Under the pieces are notes generated by a model, which was given only the letters and a program-made list of their open reading frames with translations, ran no database searches and was not told the origin of the DNA. Shown here piece by piece: positions 40,946 through 49,555 of a stretch of DNA of 49,682 nucleotides. The position numbers and the translations under genes were made by a program. This DNA comes from Hormoscilla sp. (GTDB taxonomy: Bacteria > Cyanobacteriota > Cyanobacteriia > Cyanobacteriales > Desertifilaceae). Each line of letters starts with the position of its first letter. The first letter of the stretch is position 1. Location: positions 1 to 49,682 of the forward strand of contig JBFRWI010000167.1 of NCBI GenBank assembly GCA_051439505.1, written 5' to 3'.

Positions 40946-41590
40946 ATGTGGCCAACCTGCATCAATAACCTAACTCCCTTTGAATGTACGTTAAGTCCGG
41001 AGTTACCCAAATTTATCCGCGAAGCATTTCAGAACAACGGCATTGCTAATCTACAAGAAATGTTTATCCCCTTCCAGATTATTGCTATCCTCGGAAAATG
41101 CGGTACCGAGACATACCTGGACTGTCCGAATCTTCCGGAATGGCACGTTGAAAATTCTCATGATTGGGACGGTCCGGTAAAATATTTTGCGGATATCGGA
41201 AACTATTACTGGTTTGATTTCGACCTTGTGGATCTAAATAATAAATTAATGCAATTCCGCGTGGTTTTTAATGAGGGAGATGCTGACTGTAATGATGGAA
41301 CCTGGGGGGCGGTTTGGGATCGCAATAGGTCAGTATTGGTAGCAAACTTGTTAAGTACGGGGGATTGTGAGGCAACCATAGAAGCCGTTTCCAAAGAATA
41401 CATTGATAATTATCAACCCCACGAAGTGTGGTTGCCGATAAAATTTGAAAATCCGCAGGAAGACCCACTCCCCTTTACAACCTATTACGCAAAAGATTTA
41501 GAACTGGAAAAGGCGATCGGACTGGCTATGAGATGGTGTATCGCTTATTCCTATGAATCGAGGTTTAATCAGTATGTTACAAATGAGTGA
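40946..41590 (+). CDS. Hypothetical acidic, aromatic-rich protein (214 aa)
   Basis: Uninterrupted ORF; no motif recognised. Confidence 0.75.
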   Translation: MWPTCINNLTPFECTLSPELPKFIREAFQNNGIANLQEMFIPFQIIAILGKCGTETYLDCPNLPEWHVENSHDWDGPVKYFADIGNYYWFDFDLVDLNNKLMQFRVVFNEGDADCNDGTWGAVWDRNRSVLVANLLSTGDCEATIEAVSKEYIDNYQPHEVWLPIKFENPQEDPLPFTTYYAKDLELEKAIGLAMRWCIAYSYESRFNQYVTNE

Positions 41591-41889
41591 GTGGCAGTTT
41601 TCTAGGTTTTGATTTGATTTACTACGGGAAGTAGTATTGCCTCAGTGCTTGCACGTAGTTAGGCGAATTGTCGAGCCAGATTAGATAATTTATTAGCGGG
41701 AGAACAGATAAATGGAACCTGCGGTAGCCAGTTAGAAAAATGTCTCCTGGGGGTAGTGGGGAAAACCTGGTTGTATCATGACGGCTGAGGGTCAGAAGAT
41801 GGACGATCGGGAAATTGGCTCAAAATAAAGGACAGATGCGTCTGGTAACCAGCTTTACTAGCATGTAGAAGTACAACATATAGAAGATC

Positions 41890-43902
41890 ATGCAGCGATC
41901 GCTCATTTCCCTGGCCCTCAGCCTGATTTCTCTGACATCTCTAACCCCATCAGGGTGGGGGGTGACAGCACCCAGAAACCCAGACAAGACCGTAGAATGC
42001 GAAATCTTAGTTGTGGGTGGGGGTTTATCCGGTGCCGCCACCGCCTATGAAGGCTTACTAGCAGGAAAAACAGTTTGTCTCACGGAAATTACCGACTGGG
42101 TAGGGGGACAAATTTCATCTCAAGGAACCTCCGCCCTGGACGAACGACCGACCCAACGACAGCAGTTATTCTACTCCCGTGGTTATTTGGAATTGCGCCA
42201 GCGCATTGAACGGAAATATCGTCAACTCAACCCTGGAGATTGCTGGGTGAGTGAATCCTGTTTTCTGCCCCGTGACGGTCATAAAATCCTCTTTTCTCTG
42301 CTGAAAGATGCTGCGAAACGGGGCAAAGGTACCCTGGAATGGTATCCTTCCACTGTGGTTAAGGATTTGCACTTTAACTCTTCTGGTAATCTGATCGAAA
42401 GCGCGATCGCCATTCAACATCAACCCGCTGCGGGTGCGCCCCCCCTGAATACCGAACCATTATCCCAGACGATCGCAGATTGGTACAGCTACGAGAACTC
42501 GCCTCGGTTTGACAAGCAGATTATCCGCTTTGTCCCCAAAACACCTCAAACTAATATTCCCAGTTGGTATGTAGTGGAGGCGACGGAAACAGGGGAACTG
42601 ATCGGACTTGCCGATGTCCCTTATCGTTTGGGCATCGATCCCCGTTCCCACTGGGAACCTTCTTCCTCCAGCGAAACTGGCGATCCTTACTGCACCCAAG
42701 GCTTTACCTATACCTTTGCTATGGAGGCGACGAAGAAACCCCAAACCCAGGAAATGCCAGAGTTTTATCCCCGATATGCTCCTTACTATAGCTATGAATT
42801 AGAACGACTGGCAGATTTTGGTCTCGTCTTCACCTATCGGCGGATTTGGAGCCCCAAAACGGGCGATCGCACCCGTTTCCGAGGGCTGAGTTATACAGCC
42901 CCCACACCCGGAGATATCTCGATGCAAAACTGGACTTGGGGGAATGACTACCGTCCGGGCACGTCCGAGGATAATTTAATTTACACTCGGGACCAGTTGC
43001 AAGCGGAGGGCCAACTGCAACCGCACGGTTGGATGGGGGGCCTGCGGATCGAGAGTTTACAGGCCGCTGAAGAACATGCCCAAGGTTATTATTACTGGTT
43101 GGTGGCCGGGACAACTGACTCCCAACTGGGGGATGGAGTCAAGCAGCCCCATCCCAACCACCGCTATCTCTCCGGGTTAGATTCCCCCATGGGCACCGTG
43201 CATGGGCTGTCCAAATATCCCTATATGCGGGAAGCACGCCGGATTATTGGACGGCCTAGCTGGGCTCATCCAGATGGTTTTGCCATTTCCGAAATTGATA
43301 TCTCCCGTCGGGATTACCAGGATGACTATTACCGCCAGACCTTGCCACCCCCGATGTATCGGAACTTGAGGGCGGCGATCGCGGGTTTGGAAGCATTGAC
43401 GGTCATTAGCAGCGACCAACTGCCGTCCGAAGTGACGCGCCGCAGTCGTTCTACCATCTATCCTGATAGCATCGGCATCGGTCACTACGCGATCGACTTC
43501 CATCCCTGCATGGATCAGAGTCCGCCGGAAACCCCTGGTAACACCGAACGTAAGGCAGAAAGGCGAGGGGCGGGACTTGCTTATCCCTTCCAAATTCCCC
43601 TGCGGGCCATGATTCCCCAAAAAATTGATAATATGCTAGTCGCCGGTAAGAGTATTGCCGCTAGCCACATCGCTGCCGCTGCTTATCGAGTACATTCCTT
43701 TGAATGGTCCGCTGGGGCCGCCGCTGGCATTACTGCCGCTTTTGCCCTGGAAACTGAGATAATGCCCTATCAGATCGTGCAGGACCTGCCGGCACCGTCA
43801 CCCCTGCTGGAACTGTTGCAACTGCGCTTGCAGCAAAATGGTAACCCGATCGCCTTCCCCGATACCTCTATCTTTAACGAAGATTGGGACGATTGGCGTT
43901 AA
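41890..43902 (+). CDS. Secreted FAD-dependent oxidoreductase
   Basis: Signal peptide; ILVVGGGLSG dinucleotide fold, EITDWVGGQ, VEATETGEL, PYMREARRI, PFQIPLRAMIP. Confidence 0.88.
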   Translation: MQRSLISLALSLISLTSLTPSGWGVTAPRNPDKTVECEILVVGGGLSGAATAYEGLLAGKTVCLTEITDWVGGQISSQGTSALDERPTQRQQLFYSRGYLELRQRIERKYRQLNPGDCWVSESCFLPRDGHKILFSLLKDAAKRGKGTLEWYPSTVVKDLHFNSSGNLIESAIAIQHQPAAGAPPLNTEPLSQTIADWYSYENSPRFDKQIIRFVPKTPQTNIPSWYVVEATETGELIGLADVPYRLGIDPRSHWEPSSSSETGDPYCTQGFTYTFAMEATKKPQTQEMPEFYPRYAPYYSYELERLADFGLVFTYRRIWSPKTGDRTRFRGLSYTAPTPGDISMQNWTWGNDYRPGTSEDNLIYTRDQLQAEGQLQPHGWMGGLRIESLQAAEEHAQGYYYWLVAGTTDSQLGDGVKQPHPNHRYLSGLDSPMGTVHGLSKYPYMREARRIIGRPSWAHPDGFAISEIDISRRDYQDDYYRQTLPPPMYRNLRAAIAGLEALTVISSDQLPSEVTRRSRSTIYPDSIGIGHYAIDFHPCMDQSPPETPGNTERKAERRGAGLAYPFQIPLRAMIPQKIDNMLVAGKSIAASHIAAAAYRVHSFEWSAGAAAGITAAFALETEIMPYQIVQDLPAPSPLLELLQLRLQQNGNPIAFPDTSIFNEDWDDWR

Positions 43903-44127
43903 CTCTTACCAGTTCCCTCTGGGGTTAAAAGTGACTAAGAAACCCGGTTTTTCCAAAAAACCGGGTTTCTGGGCTACTGGTGCATAGGTCCGCAGCGAGA
44001 ATCTCTAGGTCCCATATGCATTGTGGTGGGCGGTGCCCACCCTACTTAGGTTAACATTATCAAAGTAGAATTTTAATCATTTTGGGAAATGCCTATGGCT
44101 ATGGTTCTTTCTGAAGCGGTTTATGGG

Positions 44128-44421
44128 ATGGCTACTGCGCCGACTATGGCACCGGAACGGTCAAGTCAAGTTATCCGTAAACCCTATCCTAACTACAAGG
44201 TCATCGTTCTCAATGATGATTTCAATACATTTCAGCATGTTCACGACTGCTTGGTAAAATATATTCCCGGAATGTCGAGCGATCGGGCCTGGGAACTGAC
44301 CAACCAGGTGCATTTTGAAGGTCTGGCGATCGTCTGGGTTGGCCCCCAGGAACCTGCTGAACTCTATCACCAGCAGTTGACTCGCGCCGGTTTAACTATG
44401 GCCCCCCTAGAAAAGGCTTAA
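44128..44421 (+). CDS. clpS: ATP-dependent Clp protease adaptor ClpS
   Basis: YKVIVLNDDFNTFQHV...VHFEGLAIVWVGPQEPAELYH. Upstream starts at 44089-44101 are possible. Confidence 0.95.
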   Translation: MATAPTMAPERSSQVIRKPYPNYKVIVLNDDFNTFQHVHDCLVKYIPGMSSDRAWELTNQVHFEGLAIVWVGPQEPAELYHQQLTRAGLTMAPLEKA

Positions 44422-44425
44422 ACTC

Positions 44426-44716
44426 ATGGGCAAACGCAATAAAGGGAGAGTAGTTTGGAATCATTCTACCCACATTGATGGCTTAATCCCCGTTTTACAG
44501 CGGCTGACTGATTGTGAGGAGATTACCACTGTAACACCGGGTGTAATCAGTCGCTCTAAAAGTCATTCTCCGCATATGAAGTTGAAGGTTTCTGTGCCCA
44601 TTCGGGGAGGGTTCAAGGCGATCGCGCGACAGGGGAAAAGCGTCCAAGAGGTGTTCGTGCTTACCACCCTGTCTCAAGCTGATTTAGAGGATGCGATCGG
44701 TAATGCCTTAAAATAG
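44426..44716 (+). CDS. DUF2103-family protein
   Basis: GRVVWNHSTHIDGLIPVL...TVTPGVI...VPIRGGFK.IARQGKSVQEVF. Confidence 0.85.
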   Translation: MGKRNKGRVVWNHSTHIDGLIPVLQRLTDCEEITTVTPGVISRSKSHSPHMKLKVSVPIRGGFKAIARQGKSVQEVFVLTTLSQADLEDAIGNALK

Positions 44717-44919
44717 ATCGCGTGATTATATCACAAATTCTCATATTGTCAAGGAAAAAACCAGTTCCAGGCAAGATGGTGCCGGCACCCATCCCCTCCC
44801 AGGGCCCGCCACCGAGAGTTTGGATACTCAGGCGATCGCCGTCAAACCCAGTCCCACAAAGGCTTTCAGCCCGGGGCGGCGGCCAAGTGGCCCCCGGGAA
44901 AATTTTTTCGGCTAAAGAC

Positions 44920-44973
44920 TTGACGTTTTAATCAACATTGGTTAGACTGAGGAAAGTTGATGCAAAAATCAAC
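44920..44973 (+). promoter_or_regulatory. Sigma70-type promoter with overlapping operator-like repeats
   Basis: TTGACG (44920) - 17 nt - TAGACT (44943) with extended TG; ATCAAC at 44931 and palindrome GTTGAT-N6-ATCAAC at 44956-44973. Confidence 0.7.
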
Positions 44974-44980
44974 AAGCAAG

Positions 44981-45051
44981 GCTGGGTCGGGCTCTGGCCT
45001 CCATGCAGTGGGCGACCTTAGGGGCGCCGTGCATCGAAGGTTCGACTCAGC
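44981..45051 (+). ncRNA. Candidate structured 5' leader RNA (long hairpin)
   Basis: GCTGGGTCGGGCT pairs with GGTTCGACTCAGC (13 bp including G-U pairs); inner ATGCA/TGCAT and GGCG/CGCC stems; lies between the promoter and the RBS. Confidence 0.45.
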
Positions 45052-45082
45052 AATATTACCTAGTCAAGGAGAGGAAGCCGCC

Positions 45083-46060
45083 GTGAACCAACCAGCAGTC
45101 AAAGACAGTAAAGCCAAAATCCTGCAAGCCTTTGAGCAGATCCGAGCCCAGAAAAAAATCGACTCCAAAGTCGCTACCAAAGAGGAGGAAGCGGAAAAGG
45201 AAAAAAATCAAGAAATTCTGGCAGCGGTCTCTAACTATACTAGCGATAGTATTGTCAAAGGTTTGGCGGATCTGCAACTGGATTTTGGCAACATTATCAA
45301 CGGTCTTTCTGACAAACTCTCTACTGAAACTGCCAAGTTAGACGAACTCAAACGTGCTATTGAAATTGAAAATAAACACTTGCAAGAACTTCAGCATGTC
45401 CGGGTTGTCGCCGACGCCCTCCATATCTTGACTCAGGAACATCAAGAAAAGTTACGGATCCTCGAACAAAACGCTGCTACGAACCAGGAAGCCCTCGAAC
45501 AAGAAATCGCTCAGCATCACAAGATTTGGGCGCGATCGCAGCAGGAGTTTGAGGCCCAAACCCAGGAACAAGGGGAATTGGTAGAGCGCGATCGCCAGCG
45601 GGAAGCAGGGGACTACAACTACGAACAAGAACGCCTGCGGAAGATGGAAACCGATGAGTACGAAGAGAATAAGCGCCTTCAAGAAAGGGAGTTGCGGGAT
45701 CGCAATCAAGAGTTGGAGAAGCAATGGTCGGAACGGGAGGAAATTTTGGCAGATAATCAAGCTTTGCTTGAGGAAAACAGCCAGAAAGTCGAGGGCTTTG
45801 AAGAGGAACTGAAACAGGCGTACATTAAAGCTAAGGAAGAGGCTATTCAAGAAATTAACCGGGAAGCGAAAGTCAAATCAGATTTGTTTGAGAAGGAGTG
45901 GGAAGGTACTAAACAGGGTTATGAATTGAAAATCAAATCTCTAGAGGAGACAATTCAACGGCAAACTGAACAAATTGCTGACATTTCCGCTCAACTGCAA
46001 GCTGCTATGAAGCAAGCACAAGATTTGGCGATGAAAGCTTTTGCTAGTTCTGGCAATTAA
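45083..46060 (+). CDS. Coiled-coil-rich protein (325 aa), paralogue 1; possibly ZicK-like
   Basis: GTG start after an AAGGAGAGGA RBS; E/Q/K-rich heptads; shares GL..LQL.FG...LS.KL..E..KL and QLxxAxKQxQDLAxKA with the next gene. Confidence 0.85.
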   Translation: MNQPAVKDSKAKILQAFEQIRAQKKIDSKVATKEEEAEKEKNQEILAAVSNYTSDSIVKGLADLQLDFGNIINGLSDKLSTETAKLDELKRAIEIENKHLQELQHVRVVADALHILTQEHQEKLRILEQNAATNQEALEQEIAQHHKIWARSQQEFEAQTQEQGELVERDRQREAGDYNYEQERLRKMETDEYEENKRLQERELRDRNQELEKQWSEREEILADNQALLEENSQKVEGFEEELKQAYIKAKEEAIQEINREAKVKSDLFEKEWEGTKQGYELKIKSLEETIQRQTEQIADISAQLQAAMKQAQDLAMKAFASSGN

Positions 46061-46061
46061 T

Positions 46062-46357
46062 GTAGGGTGGGCACCAAGACTTCTCGGTTAAGGATATAGG
46101 TTGTCATTGCGAGGGGGGGGTACTCCGCGATTAACTTCTGCACCAATTGAGTCGCGCAGCGTTGCGAGGCACGAAGCAATCCCCCCCCGAAGCAATCCCC
46201 CCCGCCTAGTATGATATGAAGAACACATCGCGCGTCATCGGTGAGATTGCTTCGGGGGGATTGATCGCAACGATCCCTACATTATCAGTTTGGCATCCCC
46301 CCCCTCGCAATGACAGGTTGTTAACCGAGAGGTATTGGGGTGGGCACTGCCCACCAC
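46062..46357. repeat. Nested palindromic repeat element
   Basis: Outer CTTCTCGGTTAA/TTAACCGAGAGG with GTGGGCA REP arms; inner TGTCATTGCGAGGGGGGG/CCCCCCCTCGCAATGACA (46102-46315); innermost CGAAGCAATC/GATTGCTTCG. Partial copy at 3129-3180. Confidence 0.85.
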
Positions 46358-46433
46358 GGAAGCCGTAAAGTGTGTCTTACTACGAACCTTGTCTGATGAA
46401 TTGAATCAACTTTATTCACCAAAGAGATTAATC

Positions 46434-47522
46434 ATGGCTAAAAAAATAAACTCAAAAAGTACCAAGGCAGAAATCTTGGAAGCCTATGAAGAATTGATGC
46501 AGGAGAAAAACGAGCTGGAGTCTCAAGTTTCTCAATTGCCCCAGGATAAACCACAGGAAAAACTCCCGGAAAAACCGCCCCAGGTTAAAGCCTCAGATGT
46601 TGAATTGAGGAGGAATAATCCTCAAGTTAATCAAGATAAGATGGAAATGATTATTGATGGTCTCGATCGGCTTCAGTTAGGTTTTGGTGGTGCGGTGAGT
46701 GAGTTGTCCGAAAAACTTACCACTGAAGCTACTAAATTGGCTGATGTTCAGTCTACTGTGGCAGCAGAAACTGAAGAACTTAAAGCTTTGCACGATCTGG
46801 AGATCGCTGAGGATACTTTGGATACTTTAATCCAACAGTATGAAGACAGTTCTAAGGCTTTTGAACAGGAATTTAACGATCGCCGGGAAACTTTAGAGCA
46901 AGAAACCCAGGACCTTAAAAATGCTTGGTCCAAAGAGCAAGGGGAACACGATCGCTTGGTCCGGGAACGGATTGATGACGTGCAAAAAACTCGCCAGCGC
47001 GATGCTGATTCCTATCAGTATGACTTGGAACAGCAACGCAATCTCAGTATTGATGAATACGAACATCAGCAGCAACTTTTAGACCAGGAACTGGCTGAGT
47101 CCCGCCAGCAACAGGAAAAACTATGGGAGGAACGCGAAAAGGCGATCGCCGATCGGGAGAAGGAATTTGCCGAATGCAAAACCAAGGTGGAGGAATTTCC
47201 CCAGAAGTTGGAAGAGAATATGGAACGTGGCAAAGATAACGGTCGCAACATCGGTCGCTATCAAGCCAAGGTGAAGGCTGATTTGCGGGAAAAAGAAGTG
47301 GAAGGACAGAAGCATTTTTATGAGTTGAGGCTGCAATCTCTTTCCCAGACTATTAATAATCAGGAAGCCCGCATTCAAAGTCTCTCCCAACAACTTGATT
47401 CCGCCCTCAAGCAAGTTCAAGATTTGGCTGTTAAGGCCATCGAAGGTGCCTCCAATGCTAAGTCCTCCGAGGCCATTAAAGAAATTGCCCTGGAACAGGC
47501 GAAGCAACTGAAAGGGAAGTAG
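46434..47522 (+). CDS. Coiled-coil-rich protein (362 aa), paralogue 2; possibly ZacK-like
   Basis: MAKKINSKSTKAEILEAYEEL...QLDSALKQVQDLAVKAIEGAS. The ORF-track extension from 46335 is translated repeat. Confidence 0.85.
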   Translation: MAKKINSKSTKAEILEAYEELMQEKNELESQVSQLPQDKPQEKLPEKPPQVKASDVELRRNNPQVNQDKMEMIIDGLDRLQLGFGGAVSELSEKLTTEATKLADVQSTVAAETEELKALHDLEIAEDTLDTLIQQYEDSSKAFEQEFNDRRETLEQETQDLKNAWSKEQGEHDRLVRERIDDVQKTRQRDADSYQYDLEQQRNLSIDEYEHQQQLLDQELAESRQQQEKLWEEREKAIADREKEFAECKTKVEEFPQKLEENMERGKDNGRNIGRYQAKVKADLREKEVEGQKHFYELRLQSLSQTINNQEARIQSLSQQLDSALKQVQDLAVKAIEGASNAKSSEAIKEIALEQAKQLKGK

Positions 47523-47571
47523 ATAATTACCATCATTCTCCCCCACCCTCAAGGGTGGGGCTACAGGAACG

Positions 47572-47600
47572 AAGCCCGCCTGCGCGGGCTTTTTTATTTA
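47572..47600 (+). terminator. Intrinsic terminator formed by the dispersed repeat
   Basis: AAGCCCGC-CTGC-GCGGGCTT followed by TTTTATTT, about 50 nt after the stop codon. Confidence 0.65.
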
Positions 47601-47617
47601 TACCAAAGCAGCAATTC

Positions 47618-48078
47618 GTAGGTTGGGTTGAGGCACGAAACCCAACCCGTCCATCTGGTACAAATGGGTTTTTGCCCGTCCCTATCCATCCAGACTATGG
47701 CATACTTGGGGGCGCTCTCGCGGTCGTAGAGAAACCGGGTTTCTTTTACTAATTGTCGGTTGATAGCGAGTATTGTTATAGAAACCCGGTTTCTAGGAAG
47801 AGGGCGAGGGGGGACGTACTCGTGGGGGTTGAGAAACCGGGTTTCTTTTACTAATTGTCGGTTGATACTCATATTTTGCACCAGTTTAAACTAGAGGCAG
47901 AGCCTCTAGAACCCGTTCCCAGGCGGAGCCTAGGAACGAGGGTGACAGAGAGGTAAAATACCTTTTATATAAGGCTTTCAGTGGGTTTTAACCCACTTGA
48001 GCTGTTAGCCTTAGGGTTTTAACCCACGGCGGGCCATGAAGCCCATCGAACCGACGGCGGGCCATGAAGCCCATCGAA
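47618..48078. repeat. Mosaic of several small dispersed repeat families
   Basis: GTAGGTTGGGTT...AACCCAAC; GAGAAACCGGGTTTCTTTTACTAATTGTCGGTTGATA x2; CGTTCCCAGGCGGAGCCTAGGAACGAG (similar at ~33624); GTGGGTTTTAACCCAC; 25-bp direct repeat at 48026 and 48054. Confidence 0.8.
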
Positions 48079-48323
48079 AGCACCTCTGTCCCCCCAATGG
48101 ACTGTGGCGCCCTTCCTATCTTGAGAGACAAAACAAAAAGGCCATTTTGCGTCAACACCCGATCTTTACGATCTCATATACCTACCCCTGTGGCGTCGAA
48201 CCAAAGTGGCCCTGAAGGGAAGATGGCCTGGTGACCCACACAATTTCGGCACCACATCCACACGCAAGCTATAATATTTCACGATGCTAGGCTTTTAGCC
48301 CACAAGCTCCCAAAAGAGATCTT

Positions 48324-49019
48324 ATGCCGATTCAATATTCCTTACGCAGTAACCCTTTAACCGCTGCCGATGACTATGTGGCTAACGTGACTTCCTCTCG
48401 GACTGTCGATCTGGATGCTGTCATAGACCGGATGGTCAGCCAAGGTTCCAGCATTACCCGCGCCGATATTCTCAGCGTTTTCGAGAACTTTGAAGCTGCT
48501 TTAGAGAGCTTATTGTTGGAAGGCGCTAATGTTACTCTCCCCTTTGCTAACTTCTCCAGCAGCATTAAAGGTATATTTGATGGTCCAGCCGATGGCTTCG
48601 ATCCTACACGCCATCAAGTGGTTCCCAACTTACAAGCAGGGGTGAAGTTGCGCCATGCCTATCGCCAAAATTTGACGGTGCAGAAGCAAGAAGCGACGGT
48701 CGTGCTCCCCAGTCTGCTGGAGTACCTGGATATTAACACCGGAGAGCGGAACACGGTGATTACTAAAGGCGGTATGGCCCAGGTTACTGGCCATCGGTTG
48801 AAGTTCGATCCTACCGATGCACTGCAAGGCATTTTTCTGATTGACGAACAAAATAACCCCATTGCTATAACCATAATTGGGGAAAACAAACCTTCTCGTC
48901 TGATGTTCATGATCCCACCAGATCTCCCTAGTGGTGAGTATACCCTGGAGGTGCGAACCAAGATTAACTCGGATCGACTCCGTAGCGGTCGCTTGGAGAA
49001 ACAGTTGACTGTGGCTTGA
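48324..49019 (+). CDS. HU-like DNA-binding domain plus C-terminal Ig-like DUF4469 protein
   Basis: YSLRSNPLT..DDYVA.V....VDLDAVIDRM...T.ADI....LL.G..V....FSSSIKGIF, then G.RLKFD....QGIFL...NKPS.L.F.IP.L.SGEY.LEVRT; recognised from memory. Confidence 0.8.
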   Translation: MPIQYSLRSNPLTAADDYVANVTSSRTVDLDAVIDRMVSQGSSITRADILSVFENFEAALESLLLEGANVTLPFANFSSSIKGIFDGPADGFDPTRHQVVPNLQAGVKLRHAYRQNLTVQKQEATVVLPSLLEYLDINTGERNTVITKGGMAQVTGHRLKFDPTDALQGIFLIDEQNNPIAITIIGENKPSRLMFMIPPDLPSGEYTLEVRTKINSDRLRSGRLEKQLTVA

Positions 49020-49107
49020 TGGAGGCATATCCAGGGGCCAAGCCGGTGTTGCTCAAGGGGCCCATCGGCCAAAGGGTTTCCCCAAATGCAGCGGGAGGTA
49101 AAACGAC

Positions 49108-49211
49108 TGACAGCACTAGGGTTTGGGGAATGACAGCACTAGGGTTTGCGGAATGACAGCACTAGGTTTTTTGGAATGACAGCACTAGGTTTTTCCGAAA
49201 AGCAGCCCTAG
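49108..49211. repeat. 23-bp-period tandem array, 4 full units plus a partial
   Basis: TGACAGCACTAGG(G/T)TTTnnnGAA at 49108, 49131, 49154, 49177; degenerate AAGCAGCCCTAG at 49200. Confidence 0.95.
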
Positions 49212-49339
49212 TATAGCTTGGCGCTAATTTTTGACTACTCTGCCGCAGGCGCGATGTTCTATCTTGAGCTGATTTCAAGCACTGGTAACCGATCGCAGAT
49301 CGCTAACACCAGGTTTGGCCAAAAATTCCCCCCCCTACT

Positions 49340-49433
49340 GGGTGTGGTCAAAACCAGTTGGGAAAAAAATACCACACCCGCTTCTGGTGGGCGGTGCCCA
49401 CCCTACTAATGCAACGAATGCGTGACCACGCCC
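49340..49433. mobile_element. Short relic with the lnt-MITE terminal repeat
   Basis: GGGTGTGGTCAAAACCAGTTG at 49340; ACCACACCC at 49371 and TGACCACGCCC at 49423 are candidate right ends. Confidence 0.55.
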
Positions 49434-49555
49434 CCCTACCCCTCACAGGGTAGGTTTTTTTGTACTAGCCCTGGATCGGGCAAGGATGTGAGCAATATGA
49501 TTAAAAAGGTACAAACCCTGGCAATTGACGGATAGGGGTTCGGCCCGTGGGGAGC

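Noticed and set aside
44981..45051. tRNA or tRNA fragment (GGTTCGACTC resembles a T-loop)
   Set aside because: The flanks do not form a T-stem (GAAGG versus CAGCA), and there is no cloverleaf or CCA; the motif pairs in the basal stem instead.
47555..47881. ORFs 47555-47752, 47594-47881, 49218-49409, 5362-5673 and 8731-8954
   Set aside because: They are translations of repeat elements (e.g. GGRCPPY, VEKPGF, KETRFL) and unlikely to be genes.
49108..49211. CRISPR array
   Set aside because: The period is only 23 bp with about 4 variable positions; there are no unique spacers and no cas genes in the window.
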